Shown: positions 19,528-29,194 of the stretch, one piece after another
Position numbering within the stretch: position 1 is the first letter of the stretch
Layout: every line of letters starts with the position of its first letter
Source: an uncultured Bacteroidales bacterium
Lineage (GTDB): Bacteria; Bacteroidota; Bacteroidia; Bacteroidales; Bacteroidaceae
Direction: 5' to 3'
DNA length: 64,000 nucleotides
Assembly: GCA_902788865.1 (NCBI GenBank)
Contig: CADALZ010000006.1
Coordinates: forward strand, 6,376-70,375
Notes under the pieces: model-generated
The model's input: the letters and a program-made list of their open reading frames with translations, nothing else
Databases searched by the model: none
Told to the model about the DNA's origin: nothing
Translations under genes and position numbers: made by a program

Positions 19528-19672
19528 ACTGTTTCCTTCCTTAATTTCTTATAGCAAAGATAATTAAACAATTGTATTAAAACAAAAGCTACGACATAGA
19601 TTAAGATGTTAAGTAACTCATAGCTTGTTCCGACATATTTTGCTATTGAATCAAGATCTATCATCTATTTGT

Positions 19673-20203
19673 TTATAAAAATATTATAGCATTTCCAGTA
19701 AATTCACAATGAGTAGCATCAACATAAAATACATTACTATCGTATATTATTTCTACAAAATCATGATCTTTTACAAAATTTTTATATTTAGTTGGAACAA
19801 TATTTTGTAGCAGTTTGCACAAATTAATATTATAATCATTTGTAACATATCCTCTGACGTGGTTGACAGTAATATTCATATTATTAACCTTATAGGCATA
19901 ATCACATATAGATTTACATACTGTCGCATATCCGACACAGTTAGCTTTGTTATTATTAAGATCATTATGCTCAGAGAAGTCTAAAATTTCTGAGGTTAAT
20001 TCTACACAGTATTTAGCAATAGAAACTTCAGTCATTCCCTGAGTACCTGTCTTAATAATATTTTGAATACTATCAGATAAAGTGTAATTTCTAGGAGATA
20101 CAATTTGTTCCTTTACCAAACCTAAATGAGTAAATCCTGCTATAGAGAATCCAATAAATAGGATTACTACTATTAACAATACTTTTTTCATTTTTTTATG
20201 CAT
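19673..20203 (-). CDS. Exported protein, possible transglutaminase-like fold
   Basis: N-terminal hydrophobic segment; NCVGYA, HDFVEI, YVDAT in Cys-His-Asp order. Confidence 0.55.
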   Translation of the reverse strand: MHKKMKKVLLIVVILFIGFSIAGFTHLGLVKEQIVSPRNYTLSDSIQNIIKTGTQGMTEVSIAKYCVELTSEILDFSEHNDLNNNKANCVGYATVCKSICDYAYKVNNMNITVNHVRGYVTNDYNINLCKLLQNIVPTKYKNFVKDHDFVEIIYDSNVFYVDATHCEFTGNAIIFL

Positions 20204-20207
20204 AGTC

Positions 20208-20819
20208 CTATCGTTTATAGATTATTTCTTCCTGATTCTTAAGCCTATCCATCTCAATCTCCACATAGCGACGCACTACGAAGAACTCGTTCAGCACGGC
20301 ACTCAGATAGCCATCGATGTTGGGTATCTGACGGATGAAGAGGAAATGCTTCTTGGTGTGCAAGTAGAACATGCCATCCTCCTCATTGATGCCATAGAGT
20401 ACATTCATGTTATAATTGATATTTGCTTGATTAATGACTTTTCGAGCCCTCGACAACGCATCCACGTCACTTAGTTCAATGCTTTCCCAACCAGTAAACC
20501 AGATGATAGCAAACGGAGCTTCATTTGAAACTTCAGCTATGAAATAGCCTCCCTGCCAATGAAACTCTATTCTGTCATGATCATCCATCTCGTACGTGCA
20601 TCCTATCTTCGTTAGTGTTTCGAAGAATAAATCCCTGGCCTCATAATTCAGCACCTGATTGTCTTCAGTGCCGTTTACTGGCACTGGTTCAGATTTTTCT
20701 TCTACCGCCTTTACAGATTCTACAGAAACTTGATGTTTCTTGCTCATCCACCATGCCACTGCACACAGAGCTGCAGTAATCACTGCAGTCAAAATAATGC
20801 TTACTACCATATTCATCAT
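20208..20819 (-). CDS. Membrane-anchored hypothetical protein (YbjN/T3S-chaperone-like fold possible)
   Basis: N-terminal TM; start placed downstream of promoter at 20850-20843; fold guess from helix-strand pattern only. Confidence 0.7.
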   Translation of the reverse strand: MMNMVVSIILTAVITAALCAVAWWMSKKHQVSVESVKAVEEKSEPVPVNGTEDNQVLNYEARDLFFETLTKIGCTYEMDDHDRIEFHWQGGYFIAEVSNEAPFAIIWFTGWESIELSDVDALSRARKVINQANINYNMNVLYGINEEDGMFYLHTKKHFLFIRQIPNIDGYLSAVLNEFFVVRRYVEIEMDRLKNQEEIIYKR

Positions 20820-20842
20820 ATTAACAAATAATTTAGCTGATT

Positions 20843-20921
20843 CAAAAATAAGAAAAGAAATCAATAATCCGGAAACCATTTCGTGGCTGATGTACGAAAT
20901 GGTCTGATTATTGTATGAAAT
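20843..20921 (-). promoter_or_regulatory. LytTR-type direct-repeat promoter, copy 1
   Basis: Minus strand ATTTCATACA (20921-20912), ATTTCGTACA (20900-20891), 40 nt, TATTTTTG (20850-20843). Confidence 0.8.
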
Positions 20922-20962
20922 TGCAGAATGCCTACTAATTCATACTAAGTAGGCAGAGAGAA

Positions 20963-21511
20963 TTATTCAGGATAGTTGCCTTCGATATACGCCTTGATTA
21001 GCGAGGCATGCGAGAGAGGTTTCTTGGGATTGTTCACATCGGCATTGGTATCATAGTCCAGCAGCACCACAGGCTTATTCTTCGCTATGATCCTGACAGC
21101 TGTGACTAGCTTCTGGAGCTTATTGTCCAGCACCCACTTATAGGCTGGCAGATAGATTTCTTTCCTAGCGTCGATATACTCCAGCAGTTCCTCACCACGT
21201 ACACCCTTGCGATGACCCAAGCAAGCTCCGAACTTGCGGGAAGTACGCTTGATGTTCTTCATGTCCGTGATCTTGAACGAATGAATATCTACACCTACAT
21301 TCTCAAACACCTTCAGACCCTGCCAGATGCCCTCCACGCTTTGTGAAGTGACGCCATCTGTGAAGGGAACAGGAATACCACCATGTGGATAAAAAGGACT
21401 GAACTTGACGAACTCATCATCGGCATGACTGGTCACGTCAATGATCATAGCACCAGGATACTCCTTTTCCAGAGTTTCCATTTTCTTTTTCTTAGATTCT
21501 ACAATAATCAT
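20963..21511 (-). CDS. DUF6939 family protein (NADAR-like motif)
   Basis: IIDVTS, FSPFYPHGGIPVPF, SVEGIWQGLKVFE, PLSHASLIK. Confidence 0.75.
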   Translation of the reverse strand: MIIVESKKKKMETLEKEYPGAMIIDVTSHADDEFVKFSPFYPHGGIPVPFTDGVTSQSVEGIWQGLKVFENVGVDIHSFKITDMKNIKRTSRKFGACLGHRKGVRGEELLEYIDARKEIYLPAYKWVLDNKLQKLVTAVRIIAKNKPVVLLDYDTNADVNNPKKPLSHASLIKAYIEGNYPE

Positions 21512-21700
21512 CACAGGCTTTGGATTTTCGTTACGAACAAAGTTAGATAAATTCTCAGACATTTTAAAATCACTTACCTTAATTTTAACTATCATAAACC
21601 TCCATTTTTTTTAATTTTACCCAATGGCGGGCATATATGATTGCCAAAAAAGTGCCAAATAGTACCACCCCTAAATCAAAAAAATTTTATTTTTAACATT

Positions 21701-21774
21701 TGCGTAAAATTTACGCAGTCTTTTTTGGAAGTTCGGAATTAATCCTCTACCTTTGTTGCGTCAGAATAACGCAA
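21701..21774 (+). promoter_or_regulatory. Promoter with two candidate NrtR operators
   Basis: TGCGT-N7-ACGCA at 21701-21717 and TTGCGT-N7-ACGCAA at 21756-21774 flanking -7 box TACCTTTG (21748-21755). Confidence 0.7.
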
Positions 21775-21792
21775 TAATTAAAATAAGAGGTA

Positions 21793-22431
21793 ATGGGAAG
21801 AAAAATCATTGTTAAAGGTTTTGAAGAAGGAGATAAGTTGTCTTTTGAGGAAGAAAAAAGAGAACTTGTCAAAGTTCGTAAGAGATTATTTAATAAGGTG
21901 GTAGATGGTGAGAGAGATAGGACGTTGATGGCCTTGGTAAGTAAGTTTCAGACTCTGAGGTATGAAGATCTGGAAGAAGTGTATAATGATGGCTGTTTGG
22001 TGTTGTGGGATAAGTTCATGGATGAAGAGTTTGAGTTGATAGAGAAGAGTATTGTATGGTATTTGTGGAAGATATGTGATAATATAGGGAACCATTATCT
22101 GAGAAAGGTGAATGATAATATAGAGAGCCTGGATGTGATTTTGGAGAGGGATAGTGAGAGGGTATATGATGATGCTGATGGTTTGGTGAGAGTGTTTGAT
22201 GTGTTTGATGAAGAGATAGATGATGAAGCGAAGTTGAGCAGGCTAGATGAGATTTGGGAGCAGTTGAGTAATATAGATAAGATGATCTTGGAGAGTTATT
22301 ATGTAGAAAAATGTAAGTTGGAAGAGATTGCTAAGAGGGTAGGATATAAGAACGCCAATACGGTGAAGAGTAAGAAAGATAAGGTGTTGAAGCGAATGTT
22401 GAAGATGATGAAGGAAAAAGAAAAAGAATAA
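21793..22431 (+). CDS. ECF-type sigma-70 family factor (divergent)
   Basis: Region-2-like EDLEEVYNDGCLVLWDK; region-4-like LEEIAKRVGYKNANTVKSKK. Confidence 0.75.
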   Translation: MGRKIIVKGFEEGDKLSFEEEKRELVKVRKRLFNKVVDGERDRTLMALVSKFQTLRYEDLEEVYNDGCLVLWDKFMDEEFELIEKSIVWYLWKICDNIGNHYLRKVNDNIESLDVILERDSERVYDDADGLVRVFDVFDEEIDDEAKLSRLDEIWEQLSNIDKMILESYYVEKCKLEEIAKRVGYKNANTVKSKKDKVLKRMLKMMKEKEKE

Positions 22432-22436
22432 AAATT

Positions 22437-23129
22437 ATGGAAGAATTTAAGTATCATTATAAATACCCGCATCCGAGTGTCACCACCGACTGTGTGATAT
22501 TCGGATTCGACGGAGCATGTCTGAAGGTGCTTCTGGTAGAAAGGGGCATCAATCCTTACAAAGGTCGCTGGGCATTTCCTGGCGGCTTCCTGAAGATGGA
22601 TGAGTCGGCTCTGCAAGGTGCCAAGCGTGAGTTGTTCGAGGAAACAGGACTGAAGGATGCCTACATCCACCAGTTCCATGCCTTTTCCGATCCCCAGCGA
22701 GATCCACGTGAGCGAGTCATCACCATTGCCTACTATGCGCTGGTACGCATCAGTGAGGTCAAGGCAGGTGATGATGCAGCCAAGGCACAGTGGTTCCCTC
22801 TCGATAAGGTGCCTTCATTGGCGTTCGACCACGACCAGATTCTCCGCGAGGCCACCATCGCCTTGCGGCGTCAGATCCACTTCGAGCCCATCGGCTTTGA
22901 GCTGCTTCCAGAGAAATTCACCATGACCCAGCTTCAGCATCTCTATGAAGCCATCCTTGATGTCAAGTTCGACCGTCGAAACTTCTCCAACAAGATGCTG
23001 CATCTGGGCATTCTCACCCAGCTGGAGGAGACGGTGATCCTACCCAACAAGAAAGAAGCCTTCCTCTATAACTTCAATGCCGAGAACTATCAGGTGCTGA
23101 AGCAAAAAGGCTTTCGTCTGGAATTTTGA
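22437..23129 (+). CDS. nrtR: NrtR-family NUDIX-wHTH regulator
   Basis: SVTTDCVIFG, WAFPGGF, AKRELFEETGL, RDPRERVITIAY, LAFDH, FTMTQLQHLYE, DRRNF. Confidence 0.9.
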   Translation: MEEFKYHYKYPHPSVTTDCVIFGFDGACLKVLLVERGINPYKGRWAFPGGFLKMDESALQGAKRELFEETGLKDAYIHQFHAFSDPQRDPRERVITIAYYALVRISEVKAGDDAAKAQWFPLDKVPSLAFDHDQILREATIALRRQIHFEPIGFELLPEKFTMTQLQHLYEAILDVKFDRRNFSNKMLHLGILTQLEETVILPNKKEAFLYNFNAENYQVLKQKGFRLEF

Positions 23130-23220
23130 AAAAATTGGAGATTAGTTGGTGACCTTTTCACCATAAGTGGTAATAATAAACGGGAACGAAACAATCATTA
23201 AGGACCAAAAATGATTATCT

Positions 23221-23619
23221 ATGGATAACTTACAACGATTTCTGACAGCACAAGATGGCAAGACCATCCATGGAAACACGCTCTATGAGCAAGCTCTGAT
23301 AGAAATTCAGGAAGGATCACTTGGATTTGAATGTTGGATGAGGTATGTATATCCTCAGTTAAAAATGTCAGGGACTAGTAAACTGACTGAGTTTTATGGC
23401 CTTAATGGAAGGGAAGAAGCAGAGCAGTATATAAATCATCCTTTTCTCAAAGAAAGATTGATTAAGGCTACTCAAATTCTATTGGACATAGACAAGCCAA
23501 TCTATGAAATCTTCAGCCATCTCGGTATCTTAAAGATCCGTTCCTGCATGAAACTATTTGCCTCTGTTTCTGACGAGCCAATCTTCAAAAAAGTGCTGGC
23601 AAAATATGGATGGAAGTGA
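23221..23619 (+). CDS. DUF1810 family protein, diverged second copy
   Basis: LQRFLTAQ, YVYPQL, KIRSCMKLF; paralogous to 19114-19527. Confidence 0.85.
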   Translation: MDNLQRFLTAQDGKTIHGNTLYEQALIEIQEGSLGFECWMRYVYPQLKMSGTSKLTEFYGLNGREEAEQYINHPFLKERLIKATQILLDIDKPIYEIFSHLGILKIRSCMKLFASVSDEPIFKKVLAKYGWK

Positions 23620-23642
23620 AATATATATAATAACAATAATGT

Positions 23643-24311
23643 ATGGAAATTAAAATCACAGCAGTCAAATTTGAAATTGTTAATGGTAAAAAGACTGGAA
23701 AGTCTTTCTCTTTCCGTTTGGATCCTAAAAAGATGGCTGTCTATAAGACAGAAGCTACACTAAGAAAAAAGATCGACGAATATGTGGCCAAAAGCGGGGT
23801 GTTTAAGAGAGAGGAACTGACTGAACTAAAATATAGCATGAAAGAATTTTTGGAGGAGTGGAAGAAACAAATACCAATAGTGGAAGCCGAAGAACTGGCT
23901 AAGGCAGAGGCGTCTCCCAATAACCCTGAAAGCAGAATCACTCCCGATCATATCACTAGGCTCGGGGCCAATGAAGTGTTCGTCTTTGGTTCCAATGAAC
24001 AGGGCCTTCATTATGGTGGCGCAGCCAAAGCGGCTTACGAGAGTTTTGGCGCAGTCATGGGAATAGGCAATGGATTGCAAGGAAAGAGTTATGCCATCCC
24101 CTCCATGAGCGGATTGGGCATCATGGGTGAATACGTGAAAGAATTCTGTGAGTTTGCTAAAGCCCACCCAGAAAAGCGTTTCCTTGTCACTCCTATTGGC
24201 TGTGGTATAGCTGGATACCATGAAGTTGATGTGGCACCATTATTTGCTGATTGTGTAGAACTGCCAAATGTCACTCTTCCTGCTTCTTTCTGGGATGTCC
24301 TAGGAGATTGA
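23643..24311 (+). CDS. Macro-domain-like protein with extra N-terminal domain
   Basis: EVFVFGSN..HYGGAAKAA, GLQGKSYAIP, FLVTPIGCGIAG. Confidence 0.75.
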   Translation: MEIKITAVKFEIVNGKKTGKSFSFRLDPKKMAVYKTEATLRKKIDEYVAKSGVFKREELTELKYSMKEFLEEWKKQIPIVEAEELAKAEASPNNPESRITPDHITRLGANEVFVFGSNEQGLHYGGAAKAAYESFGAVMGIGNGLQGKSYAIPSMSGLGIMGEYVKEFCEFAKAHPEKRFLVTPIGCGIAGYHEVDVAPLFADCVELPNVTLPASFWDVLGD

Positions 24312-24320
24312 AACAATCTG

Positions 24321-24356
24321 ATTTTCCAGAAGATGCTGGCTAGATATGGGTGGAAT
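24321..24356 (+). pseudogene. Relic 3' end of a third DUF1810 copy
   Basis: Reads IFQKMLARYGWN versus IFKKVLAKYGWK at the end of 23221-23619. Confidence 0.55.
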
Positions 24357-24513
24357 TATAATAGAATAATTGCATTTGCAATAAAATGAGCTATCAGGTA
24401 TTATTTGTTTGAAGTTCTTGGCATAATTATATTGCAGATTGAAACTATTATGTTATATTTGTATTTAGATTTTGGCAAATCTAGATAAGTTAGTTTTATA
24501 AAGAGCATCAGAT

Positions 24514-24924
24514 ATGAAGAACCCATATATATCCCAAATCCTTTCTATTAAGGAAGAAGTCAGGAAGCAGCTTCCCTATGGTCTTGAGACTACAGGAAAT
24601 TTGATGTTGGAGTTTATGAGTAAGAGCAAGGATGAACAGCAGAGAGAAACTGCTGCCTTCATCAAGGCATCTAAGAAAATGCCAGAAATGGTAATGGTTT
24701 TCGATTTCGCCATGTCTTTGCTACAACACGATGTCATTCCTATTCGCGAATCCATTTATGACACAGGCATTGATGGGATAAAAGAAATGAACGATCATTG
24801 GGCAGATAAGTATGGAATAGATGAAAGCAATAAAGGCAATACTAAAGCATACAATTTCTTCAATTGGCTGGTTCTAAGATTGCCGGCGAAAGAGGAAATG
24901 AAGAAGTACGGACTAATCTATTAA
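24514..24924 (+). CDS. Hypothetical protein
   Basis: 136-aa ATG ORF heading a same-strand run of genes. Confidence 0.65.
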   Translation: MKNPYISQILSIKEEVRKQLPYGLETTGNLMLEFMSKSKDEQQRETAAFIKASKKMPEMVMVFDFAMSLLQHDVIPIRESIYDTGIDGIKEMNDHWADKYGIDESNKGNTKAYNFFNWLVLRLPAKEEMKKYGLIY

Positions 24925-24935
24925 ATCTTGAAATA

Positions 24936-26033
24936 ATGATAGAACATTATTCACATAAAATACAAAATGCTATTCAGAAAGAACTATTTAAGGCCAATAG
25001 TTCTATAAAGATAGCTGTCGCATGGTTTACTAATGACTTGCTTTTCCAGCCTTTGTTGCTGAAACTTGGTGCTGGCGTTAGTGTTGAACTTATACTGAAC
25101 AAAGATGATATAAATAATTCGGATGATAATGAAGTGGACTTTGACGAATTTGTCAAAGCAGGAGGAGTGCTAAGGTGGAATGACACCAAGCAACTTATGC
25201 ATGAGAAGTTTTGCATTATAGATGAAAAGATTGTTATTTATGGTTCATATAATTGGACAAATAAGGCAGAATATAATGAGGAATCAATTGCTATTGCAAG
25301 ACAAGAAAAGGGTACTATAGATTTCTATAGTGATAAGTTTGAAAAGTTATCTGAAAAATATAGCGCGGTAACATACACAGGAAAGTCTTATGTTGATGAT
25401 TCATACGAAGCCACAGAAGACTTTCTTGAAAATCAAACTGATATTTCAACTATAAATTCTATCAATCAATCTTTTATTGATACAGTCTACAATAAGGGGA
25501 AATTTCCTTCTCATATGTATAATATTAGTAAAGCAAGATTATACCCTACTATTTATTTAGAATTTCCCAAATTGTATTTTTATGATGAGTTGACAACTCA
25601 TCCTTATAGTGACGACTATAATACAGCTTGTAATTTCGTAGGTAAAAACGGCGATGTACTTTTTTTGCTTGAAGCACAAAACTTTACGCCTATCAATGAT
25701 TTTTTCTTTACCGACTATAGATGTGTGGGTGACAACCTGAGAGGGGGATATCCAGATGGGATTATATGGTTGAAAGTAGATAGAAAATGGGGACTTTTTG
25801 ACAAAGAAAAAAGAATTTTTAGCATACCCCCAATATGTGATGATTTCATGTATTCCACACAAGACTTTACACAATTTGTTATTATTATTAAAGGCAAATA
25901 TGGTGTGGCAGATATAGATGGAAATATTGTATTAGATTGGGTGTTTGATGATATAAATATTGATGGCCATGACATATTTCGGGTAAAGATCGATAACAAA
26001 AGAGCAATAATAGAAAATGGTCACTTGAAATAG
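24936..26033 (+). CDS. Single PLD-domain (Nuc-like) protein with WG-type repeats
   Basis: IKIAVAWFTN, MHEKFCIID..GSYNWT; C-terminal KWGLFD and KYGVADIDG. Confidence 0.85.
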   Translation: MIEHYSHKIQNAIQKELFKANSSIKIAVAWFTNDLLFQPLLLKLGAGVSVELILNKDDINNSDDNEVDFDEFVKAGGVLRWNDTKQLMHEKFCIIDEKIVIYGSYNWTNKAEYNEESIAIARQEKGTIDFYSDKFEKLSEKYSAVTYTGKSYVDDSYEATEDFLENQTDISTINSINQSFIDTVYNKGKFPSHMYNISKARLYPTIYLEFPKLYFYDELTTHPYSDDYNTACNFVGKNGDVLFLLEAQNFTPINDFFFTDYRCVGDNLRGGYPDGIIWLKVDRKWGLFDKEKRIFSIPPICDDFMYSTQDFTQFVIIIKGKYGVADIDGNIVLDWVFDDINIDGHDIFRVKIDNKRAIIENGHLK

Positions 26034-26056
26034 AAATTCCTTTATATAATTGAATT

Positions 26057-26980
26057 ATGAAAAGAGAATACATAGAACCTACAACACCTAGCTTAGACGA
26101 GCAGATTTCTGAAAGAAAAAAGCTTCTTGAGCATTATAAATTGGACATGGTATATGGACAAGAAGCTCTCTGTCTTCTTGCAAATAGAAGAAGAATCGAG
26201 ATAGGTGATAGTATTCATGGTAATGTTGGAACTGAACAATACAAAGAAGGTGTAATTAACTACCTAGTTGAAATAAAAAATCATTTGTTGAGATTAACAA
26301 ATTTGGCGGGTTCGCAAATTATTACCATAGGAACAGAAATATTTATAGACGATAATATCAATAATATTTTTGCGAGCAAAGTAGATAATACACTTTCTGG
26401 TGTTTTTGCTTTTTATTATAATCATCTTGGTGATAAGCAATTGGTGACCTTTACATTTGAATATATTAATTTGGCTCTTCCTGAATATAGTGTTAAAACT
26501 TTAGCCCCAACAGGAAAATTTGTCTATCCTTATAATGAGGAGTTTCATGATGTGTACGATAAGGCAAAGAAATGCGATACGCACCTTGACTTATGGAATA
26601 CATTAAAAAATTCGTGTATTAAGGTATGCGAAGTAAAACAATACCGTGATTGTTATTTTTGGAAAGATGAAGTATCAAAGCGTAGTTCAACCCCCTCTCT
26701 ACGGAGTAAACGCTCAGTTCCGTTGTTTGTGTTTTGCTTTGCTCATAAGGAATGTCAATCAATAGCCCATTATATGAATAATCCACGCTTATATCACGGG
26801 AATTATAGGGCATATAAAGGTGAAAAAGGGAAATGGGGTATTTGTATTGATAAAACGGGAGAGGAAATTGTAGATTGCTTTTTCGATAATATTATATGGG
26901 GTGAGAACCATGTTCGCTTTTACAAAGACGGGAAGGTGGCGATATGTAGAATTGAGCAAATAGAACATCTTAAGGGATGA
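26057..26980 (+). CDS. Hypothetical protein with C-terminal WG-type repeat
   Basis: 307-aa ORF; GKWGICIDKTGEEIVDCFFD. Confidence 0.7.
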   Translation: MKREYIEPTTPSLDEQISERKKLLEHYKLDMVYGQEALCLLANRRRIEIGDSIHGNVGTEQYKEGVINYLVEIKNHLLRLTNLAGSQIITIGTEIFIDDNINNIFASKVDNTLSGVFAFYYNHLGDKQLVTFTFEYINLALPEYSVKTLAPTGKFVYPYNEEFHDVYDKAKKCDTHLDLWNTLKNSCIKVCEVKQYRDCYFWKDEVSKRSSTPSLRSKRSVPLFVFCFAHKECQSIAHYMNNPRLYHGNYRAYKGEKGKWGICIDKTGEEIVDCFFDNIIWGENHVRFYKDGKVAICRIEQIEHLKG

Positions 26981-27148
26981 ATTATGAATGCTATATTGGA
27001 GAACAAAGAATTACTAAAAAGAACTTTGCTAGCTTCATGACGAGACGGGGTAGGTGGAGTTTAAGCATAACAGTGATGAGCCGCACATGATTAGTGAGGA
27101 CATCAGCGCATAGGATAATAACTGATAAAAACAAAACGTTATAGAGAT

Positions 27149-28681
27149 ATGAACAAGAACGACATAAAGAAACTGTTGCAAGAGGGTGAACGGCTGACGT
27201 TGGAGGCAAAGCAGGCCAAAACGGAGGTGCCCAAGTCGGTTTGGATGAGCTATTCTGCTTTCGCTAATACGATGGGCGGAATCATCTTATTAGGTGTTTC
27301 TGAGAACTTGAAAGAGAAAGACCTTGCAAAGAGATTTCGAATAGAAGGGGTGGATGATGCAGAAAGAATCCAGAAAGATTTCTGGAATACCATCAATAGT
27401 AATAAGGTGAGTGCCAACATCCTAACGGATAATGACGTGGAAGTGACGGATGTGGATGGTAATCATGTTGTATGTATTCATGTACCGATGGCAGATTGGC
27501 ATGTAAAACCTGTCTATCTGAATGAGAATGTCTATAAGAATACGTACAAACGTAACCACGAGGGAGACTACCATTGCACGGAACAACAGGTGAGGGCAAT
27601 GATTCGTGACTCCTACGAGGGAGGAAACGACGGAGCATTGATGGAGCATTACGACATGGATGATGTTGATCCAGACACGCTGCATCGATACCGCACACTG
27701 TTTCAGTTCCGAAATGAAGGACATGTATGGAACGATGTGGACGACAAGACTTTTTTGAAGAATCTTGGTGGCTATATCGTTGAACGTGAGACAGGCAAAG
27801 AGGGATTGACAATGGCAGGCCTGATGATGTTTGGCAAGGGACTGTCGATACAAGAGCGATTTGCCAACTTCAGGATGGACTATATTGACTTCTGCAATCT
27901 GATAGGTGAAGAGCGTTATAGCGACCGACTGACCTACGATGGACGCTGGGAGAACAATTTGTATCAGTTCTTTAGCCGTGTGATTCCCAAAGTGACCTTC
28001 GACCTTCCACGTCCATTCCGGATGGAAGGTATTCAGCGAGTGGATGACACACCCCTGCATAAAGCAGTGCGCGAGGCATTTACGAACGCCATTATCCATG
28101 CTGATATTATGCTGGAGGCGGGGGTGCTGCGGATTGCGAAGCATGAAGACCGTCTGGTTTTCCGCAATCCTGGGTTGCTGATGCTGCCTCTGAAGGACAT
28201 CTATGAAGGCGGTGTATCAAAAGCCCGTAACCCCAAGATTCAGAATATGCTAAGGATGATTGGCTATGGTGAGAACCTTGGATCTGGCTTCCCAATGATA
28301 CTTAGTGCTTGGAAAGAGGCTGGTTGGGGTAAGCCTATATTGGAGAACCGCTTGGATGTGGATGAGGTCGCCTTGGTGCTCCCAATTAGGCGTATTGAGG
28401 GCAGCGCTCCTAAAAGTGACCCCAAAAGTGACCCCAAAAGTGACCCCAAAAGTGACCCCAAAAACAGGAAAAGTGCCCCCAAAAAGTTATCTCCGCAAGA
28501 ACGGCTTGACATGATTATTGCTCATATCAAAGGAAATCCGTCGATTACTCGCGAAGAAATCGCAGATATGATTGGTGTTGGTCGTACTACTATATTGAAG
28601 GATCTTCGAATCCTGAGAGAACAATATGGCGTACACTATGAGGGGCCGAGCAAAACCGGCAAATGGGTAATTGACAAATGA
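27149..28681 (+). CDS. AlbA_2 (Schlafen-like) + RecG-C/HATPase_c_4 + HTH protein
   Basis: EGERLTLEAK, YSAFANTMGGIILLGV, REAFTNAIIHAD, RNPKIQ, GSG, C-terminal HTH. Confidence 0.88.
   Translation: MNKNDIKKLLQEGERLTLEAKQAKTEVPKSVWMSYSAFANTMGGIILLGVSENLKEKDLAKRFRIEGVDDAERIQKDFWNTINSNKVSANILTDNDVEVTDVDGNHVVCIHVPMADWHVKPVYLNENVYKNTYKRNHEGDYHCTEQQVRAMIRDSYEGGNDGALMEHYDMDDVDPDTLHRYRTLFQFRNEGHVWNDVDDKTFLKNLGGYIVERETGKEGLTMAGLMMFGKGLSIQERFANFRMDYIDFCNLIGEERYSDRLTYDGRWENNLYQFFSRVIPKVTFDLPRPFRMEGIQRVDDTPLHKAVREAFTNAIIHADIMLEAGVLRIAKHEDRLVFRNPGLLMLPLKDIYEGGVSKARNPKIQNMLRMIGYGENLGSGFPMILSAWKEAGWGKPILENRLDVDEVALVLPIRRIEGSAPKSDPKSDPKSDPKSDPKNRKSAPKKLSPQERLDMIIAHIKGNPSITREEIADMIGVGRTTILKDLRILREQYGVHYEGPSKTGKWVIDK
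28412..28459 (+). repeat. Coding 12-bp tandem repeat x4 (KSDP)
   Basis: AAAAGTGACCCC x4, perfect. Confidence 0.9.
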
Positions 28682-28749
28682 AAATTGCTTGTAATTTGCC
28701 CAAGTATGATGAACTTGAACATTTGGATGATGATTATTGTTTCCTTTCG

Positions 28750-29175
28750 CTACCTGTGTCTAGGCTGCAGGGCAGCGTATGCACTGGAAGCATCAAAGCA
28801 GGGGCAGGCTTTGGCTACGTGTGGCAGCTCTCTGTGGCCTATGATGCGGGCGGATGGATAGCGTTCCTTCAGTGCCTGTAGCAGAGTCAGCAGGGCGGCT
28901 TTCTGTGCCTCTGTACGGGTGTCGGCTGGGTGGCCCTGGGCGTCTAGGCCTCCTTCGTAGCAGATGCCTATGGATATGCTGTTGTAGCCTTTGGCGTGGG
29001 CACCGCGTACGTGTTCTGGGAGCAGTTGCACCACTTCTCCACTTTGCCTCACATAGTAGTGGTAGGAGGGTTGGCCGAATCTCTGACGGCCTGTGGCGAT
29101 CAGAGCTTCGGTACTGAAGGGACGGTTTGCTCTCGTCGCTGAACAGTGGATTATTAGTAATTTTATTTCTTTCAT
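28750..29175 (-). CDS. N-acetylmuramoyl-L-alanine amidase (T7 lysozyme-like)
   Basis: IIHCSAT, YHYYV, GAHAKGYN, IGICYEGG, GHRE, KACPCFD. Confidence 0.92.
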   Translation of the reverse strand: MKEIKLLIIHCSATRANRPFSTEALIATGRQRFGQPSYHYYVRQSGEVVQLLPEHVRGAHAKGYNSISIGICYEGGLDAQGHPADTRTEAQKAALLTLLQALKERYPSARIIGHRELPHVAKACPCFDASSAYAALQPRHR

Positions 29176-29194
29176 CTTTCGTTTTTTTCTTTGT

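Noticed and set aside
23147-23163. Palindrome TGGTGA-N5-TCACCA after nrtR as an NrtR operator
   Set aside because: GT-to-AC spacing is 9, not 7, and it does not match the two upstream boxes; may be chance
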